In this document: piece after piece, positions 26,344 to 34,666 of the stretch
How positions within the stretch are numbered: the first letter of the stretch is position 1
Layout: every line of letters starts with the position of its first letter
Sequence record: DRR723986_4825
Strand: one strand, 5' to 3'
Length of the DNA: 34,666 nucleotides
Notes under the pieces: model-generated
Databases searched by the model: none
What the model saw: the letters and a program-made list of their open reading frames with translations, nothing else
Told to the model about the DNA's origin: nothing
Made by a program: the position numbers and the translations under genes

Positions 26344-27045
26344 ATGTCTGAAGTATCAACATCAATCAGGTCTGAAATGGCATTGGGGGCACGGGATATG
26401 TTGCCTATGGCTTTGGCCGCGGCGACCTATGGTGCAGCCTTTGGCCTGTTGGCATCGCAATCAGGGTTTTCACTCGCGCAATCCCTCAGCATGAGCGCTT
26501 TCGTATTTGGCGGATCGGCGCAGCTGGTTGCCTTGGATCAGCTGTTGGCTGGTGCCGGGATCACAGCGGCCATCATGGCGGGTGCTGCACTTAACATGCG
26601 TATCCTGTTGATTACGGCCAGTATGCGGAATGCTCTGATCAACCGTCCGTGGTGGCAGATTATGACTGGCGTATATCTCGCTACAGATGCGTCCGTGGCC
26701 CTGATGCAAACCGCCAAGAGCCGAGGTGCACTAGCAAGCTATTGGTATCTCTTTGGCGGGGGAACGTTTCTGCTGATGACCTGGATTGCAGCAACGAGCT
26801 CCGGTGCGTTGTTGTCTCAAGGCATACCTGATCCCACCCGTTTCGGCTTGGATTTTGCAATCATTGCTGTCTTCGTTGCTTTGTTGCCTGGCCTTTGGCG
26901 CGGGCGCAGCGATTTATTGCCTTGGGCCATGGCAGCAAGCACTGTCATTATTTCTAATCTGATGTTTCCGGAGCATGCCAGTTGGGCTTTGATTGTTGGA
27001 GCTGTTGTTGGTGCAATCACGGCAGGAATAGCCCATGACGACTGA
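26344..27045 (+). CDS. azlC: AzlC family branched-chain amino acid exporter, large subunit
   Basis: MSAFVFGGSAQL, ALNMR, TDAS, FGLDFA motifs. Confidence 0.9.
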   Translation: MSEVSTSIRSEMALGARDMLPMALAAATYGAAFGLLASQSGFSLAQSLSMSAFVFGGSAQLVALDQLLAGAGITAAIMAGAALNMRILLITASMRNALINRPWWQIMTGVYLATDASVALMQTAKSRGALASYWYLFGGGTFLLMTWIAATSSGALLSQGIPDPTRFGLDFAIIAVFVALLPGLWRGRSDLLPWAMAASTVIISNLMFPEHASWALIVGAVVGAITAGIAHDD

Positions 27046-27334
27046 GATTTGGTTGACAATTCTTGGTCTTGCGGTCGCCAGCTATACCATTCGCCTTGGC
27101 GGCTATCTGCTGGCACTGCGCTTGCCTCAAGAGGGTAGTTGGGCGCGCGGTATGGAGGCGCTGCCGGGTTGCCTGATTGTCGCGCTGGTCGCGCTGATGA
27201 TGTTAAATGGTGGAGCTATCGAATGGGCAGCAGGGGTGACTGTATTTCTTGTCGCCGCGAAAACCCGTAATCTACCGATTTCTATGCTGGTGGGCATGGT
27301 GACTGTGGCAGCCCTGCGAATTCTGGTGCTGTGA
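27035..27334 (+). CDS. azlD: AzlD family small membrane subunit
   Basis: 99 aa hydrophobic, SYTIRLGG, EALPGCLIVAL; overlaps azlC end. Confidence 0.88.
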   Translation: MTTEIWLTILGLAVASYTIRLGGYLLALRLPQEGSWARGMEALPGCLIVALVALMMLNGGAIEWAAGVTVFLVAAKTRNLPISMLVGMVTVAALRILVL

Positions 27335-27599
27335 CGCCGAGGGGCTTGGTGACATGCTCATTTAGCCAGGTGATCAACCCGCAAGCATTCGCCCCATCAA
27401 ATAACAAATCTGTAGAAGTTGTCCCAATTTCTAACAGCAGCCATTGAGCCTGTCTTGGCCAAAGTCGGGAAAGTCCGCGTTGCCGCCATCTGACACATGA
27501 TTTCGTCGTTTTAAACCACCAAACTTGTCGGATGACCGCTGTGAACCCTTTGCGAAATGCTGCGTTGTACATGGATGGCCGCGTGCAAAGTTTTGGCGA

Positions 27600-27743
27600 T
27601 CAGGAATGGTGATTTCTATCTCTAGCATTCTGGCTCTGAGCCCGAATGCTGGTGCGCACCCCGCCACCGATAATAATCAGCAATCCACCAGCAACGACGC
27701 CGGTGCCTGGATACTCACCAAACCCAACTACGCCCAGTATCAT
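27600..27743 (-). pseudogene. C-terminal fragment of a DMT/EamA transporter
   Basis: Translates as MILGVVGFGEYPGTGVVAGGLLIIIGG..., matching the 'FGE.P....GG.LII.G' last-helix motif; no upstream part. Confidence 0.6.
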
Positions 27744-28101
27744 AGATTTTCCGAGCCTTTCCTAAGGTCATTTTGAAAGTCTTGGCCTCTTCGATAAGTA
27801 TGAGGCGGACATTTGTCAGTTCGGTCATGCGGCGTAGAAGTCTAGCGTTTGCGTTTCCCAAATACCTTCTGAACTGACCCACAAGGAAACCGATGTACCC
27901 CAGTCAGGGGCTGACCTGCTCAATTCCGTAATTCCATTCATAGGCGCGTTGATCGACGAAATTGAGCGGGGGTCGTGGAATGGGCAGTCACACCCCACCT
28001 TTTCAATCCAGTACGAACGTTGAACAAGGAGGTGGCGTCGGATCGCGCCCAAGACAATCCATCCTGATTGCATCACGAAGCAGGGGCGGTTGGCATAATG
28101 G

Positions 28102-28143
28102 TCGTTGATATTGTCAACATATTATTGTTGACAATATCAACGA
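28102..28143. promoter_or_regulatory. Double palindromic MarR-type operator
   Basis: Perfect 18-bp inverted repeat TCGTTGATATTGTCAACA-N6-TGTTGACAATATCAACGA; each arm is itself GTTGA-N5-TCAAC. Confidence 0.8.
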
Positions 28144-28174
28144 TACAGTTTTAAGCAGGGACGGGGAGATAACA

Positions 28175-28687
28175 ATGCCAAGAATTAGAGAATCTGAAAT
28201 CGAGCCAATCGAGGACAAAGCACCAAGAATAGAAAACCTCTCGGCGGCTTTGAGCTTTCGAGTTGCGCGCTTTGTGGCCATCAACGAACGCAATGGTGCT
28301 CAATATTTTAGGGACCAGTTGGGCGTGAGTCTGTCCGAGTGGCGTGTTCTCGGGTTGGTTGCAGAGAGTGATGGTGTCACGACCCGTTCCATCCGCAAGA
28401 CACTCTTGATGGATCGAGGTTTGCTTAGCCGGGTCGTCAAAGCACTCCGCGAACGCAAACTGATCCTGAGCCAAGCATGTAAAACCGACAAGCGCCAAAC
28501 TCTATTGTTCCTGACGCCGTCGGGTTGGGGTTTGCACCGAGACTGTATCGCTTTCACCAACGAAAGGAACCGGTCCATGGCTTCCATTCTGGAACCGCAT
28601 GAGGAGGCAGAATTCTCACGTCTGCTTGACCTGTTGATTGATCACAACGCCCAACTTTTGAAGAAAAGGGGTCTCACCGATGACTGA
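28175..28687 (+). CDS. MarR family transcriptional regulator
   Basis: GVSLSEWRVL, MDRGLLSRVVKAL, DKRQTLLFLTPSG; GGAG RBS. Confidence 0.92.
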   Translation: MPRIRESEIEPIEDKAPRIENLSAALSFRVARFVAINERNGAQYFRDQLGVSLSEWRVLGLVAESDGVTTRSIRKTLLMDRGLLSRVVKALRERKLILSQACKTDKRQTLLFLTPSGWGLHRDCIAFTNERNRSMASILEPHEEAEFSRLLDLLIDHNAQLLKKRGLTDD

Positions 28688-30507
28688 TGCTGCTGTAGCC
28701 TCTCGCAACCCGATCCAAGTTGCAGGACGTGCGCTTGCGGTCGTGTTCTCACTGACCATAATCGCAGCAATTGCATTTTTTGTGCTGGACGAGGCAAATG
28801 CGCGTTTTGGCGTGATGGCCGTCAGCATCGCAATTGTCGCACTGACCTCTGACAAAGGGCGCATGGGAAAGTTCGGTTGGGCGATAGATATCGGTTTGGT
28901 GCTCGCATTTCTTTATTCCGCAGTCTGGTTCTTTCGGGTCAAAGAGCAGCTTTATACCGGTTTTTTCACCGCAACGCCGGATAACATCGTTGCTGGGCTT
29001 GCTGGTATGGTGGCGATCATTCTGTTGTCGATCAGGGCCTGGGGCGTATCGCTGGCGATCATGGCAGCGGCCTTTGTGGCATTCGGTTTCGCGGGTCCAT
29101 CGCTGCCCGGAATCCTAGAGCATTTCGGCATGGGTTTTGGGGGGATTCCTGCAGATCGGCTGGTACTCCTTTGATGGTGTGTTTGGCCGCGTCACTGGGC
29201 TTGTTGCTGACAATGTCCTGATTTTCCTTATCTTTGGTGCGATCCTTGAACGCACGGGCGCGGGCGACAGCCTGATCCATCTCAGCACGGCCCTGACTGC
29301 ACGCCTCAGAGGCGGGGCAGCCCATGCGGCCATCGTTGCCTCGGCGGTGTTTGGCATGATGAGCGGATCTGTTGCAGCGAACATCGCGGGCACAGGTGTG
29401 TTCACCATCCCGATGATCAAACGACAGGGGTTTTCGGCCAACTTTGCGGGTGCTGTTGAAACCGCCGCCTCTTCGGGTGGGCAGTTGACGCCGCCGATCA
29501 TGGCCGCCGCCTCTTTGCCCGCGTTGTTCAAATACATCGGCCTGTTTGCACAAGTCTATGCCGAGGCAATCCGCCTTGATATCCAAATCCTGCCAGAAGA
29601 CCAGATCCCGACGATCACGGCGCGTGACTGGTTAAATTCCGCACTGGTCTTTGTGCCAATCGGCGCGCTGATGGTTGCATTCATTGCAGGCAATAGCCCC
29701 GCGATGGCTGGCCTTTATGGTCTGGTTACGGCGATCATCATGGGTCTGCTTCTGAACCCTAAGTTCCGGCGCGACCCCAAACGCATTGTATCGGCCCTTG
29801 CAGATGGCGGCGTCAGTGCGGCGCAGATTATGCTGGCTGTTGGCGTCATTGGGATCGTGCTGGCGGTTGTAAATGAAACCGGTGTCGCAATCCGCTTTGC
29901 CACTTCCATCGCGTCGGCAGGTGAGAGCAGTCTGATACTGGCGCTGATCCTTGCGATGTGTGGTGCGTTGATACTCGGGATGGGTCTTCCAACTTTGCCC
30001 TCTTACCTGATCATCGCGATCATGATTGCACCTGCCATCATCAAAGCGGGGGTAGAGCCGATTGCTGCGCATATGTTTGTCCTCTATTTTGCGGTCTATT
30101 CCTCGATAGTGCCGCCGATTGCATATGGGTGTTATGTTGCCGCCCCTATTGCCGGAGGTAATCCGCTGGCGACGTCATTTGTTGCGCTGCGCATTTCGGT
30201 GATTGGCTTGCTTGTACCTTACGTCTTTGTCTTTTCGCCATCGCTGTTGCTGGTCGCAGATGGGTTCAGCTGGGTTGAGCTGGCCTGTACCTTGCTGCGG
30301 ATGCTGGCGGCGGTCTGGATGCTGGCCAGTGCGTTTGGTGGCGCTGACCCGCGGTTGGGTAAACTTGGCTCGGGCCAGCGCATCATCCGTCTGGTCGTTG
30401 GTGCCGCAGCCATGATGCCCGTCATCTACCTCTGGGCACCCGCCGTATTGGCAACCCTCGCGGTTGGGTTGCTTTCACCAAAACCGCTAGAACGAAAATT
30501 CACTTAA
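28680..30507 (+). pseudogene. TRAP transporter fused (4TM/12TM, DctQM) permease, frameshifted
   Basis: Two consecutive ORFs (28680-29174, 29137-30507) offset by +1 at the T4G6 run 29135-29144; motifs SGSVAANIAGTG, TIPMIK, ETAASSGGQ, LGMGLPT, PPIA. Confidence 0.85.
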
Positions 30508-30521
30508 AGGGAGAAACGTGA

Positions 30522-31535
30522 ATGCTTGACGTACTGAAAAAAGCCAAGGGATTGACCCTTGCCGGGATGCTTGCCATCTCGCTGCCTGCCTCAGCGGCGA
30601 TGGCCGATCTTTACAAAGTGACCTCCATAGCGCCGGGCATGTCGCCCTTCGTGGTGAATACTGCCATCGCCAAAGTTGTGAACGGCCATGTCGACAATGT
30701 CGAATTTCAGGTCCGTGCGACGGGTGCTGCGACCAAGCATATGGTTGATGCAGCTGGCGGCAAAGTTGATTTTCTGTTCGGCTCACCAACCATTAACTGG
30801 TTGATGGCTAACAACATTGGCCCCTTCAAGGGCATGGCAAACGCACCGGAGCTTGAGCAACAGGTCGGCATGATCTTTTCCTACCAGATCGGGCCTTATC
30901 ACTATGTCACACGTGCGGATTCAGGGATCGAAACGCTTGCCTATATGAAAGGCCGCAAGGTCTTTGCGGGTCCGCCGGGCGGCGCGGCCAAGAACGTCGT
31001 GTTGCGCAATATTAAGGACGCCACGGGTCTGACTGTTGAAGACATGCAAGTGCAGACCTTTGGGTTCGATGCAGCAATTCAGGCGTTTCAGGATGACAAG
31101 ATCGACGTCATTGTCCTGCCTACAAACCTGCCCAGCCCGCCCATCCAGCAATTCGCACTGACCAAGGAAATTCGCATCCTTGACGTTGATGTCGACAAGC
31201 TAAAAATCAACGGCGCAACCGGTGGCACCGTCAATGAAATCGCTGGTGATGCCTATGGCGGCAATCAGGTGGGTGGTGCGGTGCGCACCCATGGCGCATT
31301 GGTGAACTTTTCCGCTGGTCTGCATGTGGACGAGGAAGTGGTCTATCAGGTGACGAAAGCGATCTGGGAAAACCTCGGCGAGATTCACGAGACAGCCGTC
31401 TGGATGCCATCCACAGTCCGAAAGGAAACGGCACTGCAACTGGTCGCTGGGCGCCTGCATCCCGGTGCAGAACGCTACTACCGTGAAATGGGTTGGGAAA
31501 TCCCTGAGGCGACAACCTTTGGTAAATCCAACTGA
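30522..31535 (+). CDS. TAXI family TRAP solute-binding protein
   Basis: Signal peptide, ADSGIET..MKGRKV, EEVVYQVTKAIWEN, LHPGAERYYRE. Confidence 0.92.
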   Translation: MLDVLKKAKGLTLAGMLAISLPASAAMADLYKVTSIAPGMSPFVVNTAIAKVVNGHVDNVEFQVRATGAATKHMVDAAGGKVDFLFGSPTINWLMANNIGPFKGMANAPELEQQVGMIFSYQIGPYHYVTRADSGIETLAYMKGRKVFAGPPGGAAKNVVLRNIKDATGLTVEDMQVQTFGFDAAIQAFQDDKIDVIVLPTNLPSPPIQQFALTKEIRILDVDVDKLKINGATGGTVNEIAGDAYGGNQVGGAVRTHGALVNFSAGLHVDEEVVYQVTKAIWENLGEIHETAVWMPSTVRKETALQLVAGRLHPGAERYYREMGWEIPEATTFGKSN

Positions 31536-31654
31536 TCGGTTGATCAAGACGAGGCACCGGGGGCCTGCATTGGCACGGCTCCCGGCACACACGATCAAAA
31601 CGTTACCTGCGCGGGTCTGCCGATATTCCCTTGAACAACATAGGTATGGCCAAC

Positions 31655-33115
31655 ATGGCTGACACAGAAAACCGAACCTTCACCGGACCTGACCTTTGCC
31701 GCTTCGAAGCGCATGAGGTCGTTGACTTGCTGAAACGCAAGGAAGTCTCCTCCAAAGATCTGCTGGATGCGAGCTTTGCACGGATTGAGGCTGTAGGGCC
31801 TGACATCAACGCAACGCCGACGATCTGCCCCGAACGGGCGTATGCCGCAGCGAAACCGCTGGATGCCAGTGCTGCTGATCATTGCGGATGGCTGGGCGGT
31901 TTACCCATCGGGATCAAAGACCTGACGCCTGTTGCAGGGGTCTTGACGACCTTCGGCACAAAAGCCCTTGCCAAGAATATCCCTGCTGTCAGCGATCCGC
32001 TGGTCCTGCGTCTTGAAACCCGTGGTGGCGTGGTTGTTGGCAAAACGAACACGCCAGAATTTGGAACAGGCGGCAATACCTTCAACGATGTTTTTGGTGC
32101 CACCCGAAACCCCTGGGACACGAGCCTCAATGCAGGTGGATCCTCTGGCGGTGCCGCCGCGTCGCTCGCAGCCGGCGAGACCTGGCTCAGCCACGGATCC
32201 GATCATGCGGGCAGCTTGCGCACGCCCGCGTCCTTTTGCGGGATTGTCGGATTGCGGCCCGGCACTGGTAGGGTAAGCGGTGGGCCACGTGAAAACGCCT
32301 TCATGAACGAAGGTGCGCAGGGGCCGATGGCCCGCTCCGTCAGGGATTGCGCGCTTTTCCTGGATGCACTGGCCGGGTTCGATCCCCGATATCCGGCATC
32401 CATTTCAGCGCCCCAAACGCCATTTCAGGACGCAGTAACACGCGCCGACGGCAAACTGCGGATCGCATACACGCCAGATCTGAACGGCTTTGCGTCAGTC
32501 GACACGGAAGTGAGCGATCACCTCAAAGGGATCATGCGCCTTTTGGCGGGCCAAGGCGCTACCATCGAGGACCATTGCCCTGATCTGAGTGGATTGGATC
32601 AAGCCTACCGCACGCTTCGGGGTCTGGGGTATGCCGCGATGTCGCGCGGGCTAAAGCCAGAGGTCCGCGCTCATTTCAAGGATACGTTGAAAACCAACAT
32701 GGCGATGGGAGAGGCATTGACGGTTTGGGACATTGCCGATGCGTACCGTAACCGCGCTGCTATATTTTGCAATATGGTCACGATGTTTGACACTTTCGAT
32801 GTGCTGGCCTGCCCGACCGTGGGGTGTTTGCCACATGCCCAGAGCGAAGAATGGGTGCAATCGGTCGGCGGCCATGAATTTGACGATTATCTCGATTGGC
32901 TGCGCTTTGCCTTTCTGGCGACCACCACTGGGCTGCCTGCGATTTCTGTGCCCGTGGGGCTTGGTTCGCGCGGCCTGCCTATCGGCCTGCAATTGATCGG
33001 CAAACCACGCGGCGAGGCGGCTCTTCTTGCAGCGGCACGAGCAGTCGAAGTTGCGGTTGGCGGACCACTTTGGCCGATCGACCCAAAGGTCACCCATTTT
33101 AGCGAGGCGGGTTAA
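31655..33115 (+). CDS. Amidase signature family enzyme
   Basis: [38 protein letters not shown] (Ser-cisSer-Lys triad), [10 protein letters not shown]; start uncertain (31646 or 31655). Confidence 0.93.
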   Translation: MADTENRTFTGPDLCRFEAHEVVDLLKRKEVSSKDLLDASFARIEAVGPDINATPTICPERAYAAAKPLDASAADHCGWLGGLPIGIKDLTPVAGVLTTFGTKALAKNIPAVSDPLVLRLETRGGVVVGKTNTPEFGTGGNTFNDVFGATRNPWDTSLNAGGSSGGAAASLAAGETWLSHGSDHAGSLRTPASFCGIVGLRPGTGRVSGGPRENAFMNEGAQGPMARSVRDCALFLDALAGFDPRYPASISAPQTPFQDAVTRADGKLRIAYTPDLNGFASVDTEVSDHLKGIMRLLAGQGATIEDHCPDLSGLDQAYRTLRGLGYAAMSRGLKPEVRAHFKDTLKTNMAMGEALTVWDIADAYRNRAAIFCNMVTMFDTFDVLACPTVGCLPHAQSEEWVQSVGGHEFDDYLDWLRFAFLATTTGLPAISVPVGLGSRGLPIGLQLIGKPRGEAALLAAARAVEVAVGGPLWPIDPKVTHFSEAG

Positions 33116-33118
33116 ACA

Positions 33119-34429
33119 ATGGTGCAGCGGAGCTTTCTTAACGAAATTTTAAGCCGGGTCTCCAGACAGTCATGGACCACGCCGGACACCGATGAGTCTG
33201 CAGATCAGGACATTATCACATTGACCGAGCAACTGCTGGCCAACGCGTCGGAAGCTTCTGGGCTCATGCTCGCTCGCGAAATACTCGACAGGTTCGAGGC
33301 CCTGAACCCGCAGGATGCCACGGCATTCTTTGTCCATCTGGCTACGGGGCTTGGCCAGGATGATGATGCAATCCGGCAAGAAATCGCAAACTGGTCAGAG
33401 CAGGATTCTGCTGCGACACGCCAGTTGCATTTCGCATCAGAACCACGATCTCAGGACCTTATACGCATTCTCAACCGGGTTCCGGGTGCCACGCAGCGAT
33501 TGGTTGCCATGCGTGCGGCACTTTTACAGCAGGTGAAGGACCACCCTGAGCTTGCTAGTCTGGACCTTGATTTCAAACATCTGTTTAGCTCATGGTTTAA
33601 CCGTGGTTTTCTGGAAATCCGACGCATTGAATGGTCCACTTCAGCGGCGATTCTGGAAAAGATCATCGCCTATGAGGCAGTTCACGAAATTTCAGGCTGG
33701 AACGACTTGCGGCGCAGGGTAGGCGATCCCGACAGGCGGCTTTTTGCATTTTTTCATCCTGCAATGCCCACCGAGCCGTTGATTTTTGTCGAAGTTGCCC
33801 TGACGAACGCCGTGCCTTCAGCAATTGGCCCGATCCTGAGCGATGACCGCGTGCGGAGCGATCCCGAACAGGCAACAACGGCGGTATTCTATTCGATATC
33901 CAACTGTCACGCCGGTTTGCGCGGCATCTCTTTTGGCAATTTCCTGATCAAGCAAGTGGTGAGCGAATTGCTGCGCGAGCTGCCGCAGTTGACAACTTTT
34001 GTCACCTTGTCGCCTTTGCCGGGCTTGCGGCGCTGGATCGAACATGCCCTCAAAAACAACGATCCTTTGCTGACGGACGCGGCAAGGGATGTCCTGCACT
34101 CATTGTCGGGTGATGACGTGCCGCCACCCGCATTTTGCACGCACATCGCCGCGCTTTATCTCACGAGGGCCAGACACGCCCTCGGTTCTGCACGCGATCC
34201 TGTGGCGCATTTCCATCTTGGCAACGGGGCCGAACTGCATGCGGTTCACTCAGGCGCGGACCAAAGCCGGCGCGGCTTTGCTGCCGCCTGGGGAGTCATG
34301 GTGAACTATCTGTATGACGGTGCAACCGTTGATCAAAACCACCAAGCCTATGCCGCCGACTATAGCATTGCGGCTTCTGAAAATGTGCTTGCTGCGATCG
34401 CGAAGACAAAGGGATACCGCGATGTATGA
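33119..34429 (+). CDS. matA: Malonyl-CoA decarboxylase
   Basis: SWFNRGFL, YEAVHEI, FFHPAMPTEPLIFVEVAL, FYSISN, GISFGNFLIKQVV, TLSP, DPVAHFHLGNGA, MVNYLY. Confidence 0.95.
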   Translation: MVQRSFLNEILSRVSRQSWTTPDTDESADQDIITLTEQLLANASEASGLMLAREILDRFEALNPQDATAFFVHLATGLGQDDDAIRQEIANWSEQDSAATRQLHFASEPRSQDLIRILNRVPGATQRLVAMRAALLQQVKDHPELASLDLDFKHLFSSWFNRGFLEIRRIEWSTSAAILEKIIAYEAVHEISGWNDLRRRVGDPDRRLFAFFHPAMPTEPLIFVEVALTNAVPSAIGPILSDDRVRSDPEQATTAVFYSISNCHAGLRGISFGNFLIKQVVSELLRELPQLTTFVTLSPLPGLRRWIEHALKNNDPLLTDAARDVLHSLSGDDVPPPAFCTHIAALYLTRARHALGSARDPVAHFHLGNGAELHAVHSGADQSRRGFAAAWGVMVNYLYDGATVDQNHQAYAADYSIAASENVLAAIAKTKGYRDV

Positions 34430-34666
34430 AAATAACCTTCTGGGAAAGCGACTGCGCAACGAAAGCCTTGGCGCAGAGGCGTCACCATTCTTGCAAAACC
34501 ACACTACGGGCAAGACTGAAAGCTATGGCAGTTTCTTTGCAAAGGCCGAACAGATGGCTGCAGCATTGGTCAGCGCGGGCCTGCAACCGGGGGATCGCGT
34601 TGCCGTGCAAACCCCCAAGACCCAGGCCATGGTCGAGCTTTATGTCGGCGTGATACTGGCGGGGGG
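34422..34666 (+). CDS. matB: Acyl-CoA synthetase N-terminus, probably malonyl-CoA synthetase (runs off the window)
   Basis: Open frame from ATG 34422: MYENNLLG...AAALVSAGLQPGDRVAVQTPK..MVELYVGVILAG; overlaps matA end. Confidence 0.8.
   Translation, partial: MYENNLLGKRLRNESLGAEASPFLQNHTTGKTESYGSFFAKAEQMAAALVSAGLQPGDRVAVQTPKTQAMVELYVGVILAG

Noticed and set aside
27825-28076. 83-aa ORF divergent from marR
   Set aside because: No recognisable motifs; cannot be supported as a gene
34426-34653. 75-aa ORF in the track
   Set aside because: Wrong frame; the frame from ATG 34422 encodes the acyl-CoA synthetase N-terminus

Overview
Mosaic accessory region from what looks like a marine alphaproteobacterium (Rhodobacteraceae/Roseobacter-like gene content; an inference). 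It holds about eight unrelated gene modules: (1) DUF1254/DUF1214 protein; (2) a photo-oxidative stress cluster (photolyase, Gpx, DCC, TspO, SDR, fasciclin) with two TGATCC-N16-CGTA RpoE-type promoters, followed by a decayed Stealth gene; (3) an AT-richer 3-gene block (putative tandem TULIP/BPI-like protein, small Cys-rich partner, HExxH lipoprotein) bounded by an exact 18-bp direct repeat; (4) HlyD-like protein, sulfatase, small protein and membrane-anchored wHTH-TPR regulator; (5) two DUF3604 metallohydrolases plus an SphA-type outer-membrane barrel; (6) Bcr/CflA MFS plus LysR; (7) XRE-cupin plus AzlC/AzlD; (8) MarR, a broken TAXI-TRAP permease, its binding protein, an amidase and matA/matB. 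The most striking unexplained signal is non-coding. Most junctions between modules carry co-oriented copies of a ~30-bp imperfect palindrome (consensus about AATGTCCGCTTT-N6-AAAGCGGACATT) shaped like a tyrosine-recombinase site, which suggests a cassette-array system whose recombinase lies outside the window. All family calls come from motif recognition by eye; no database searches were run.
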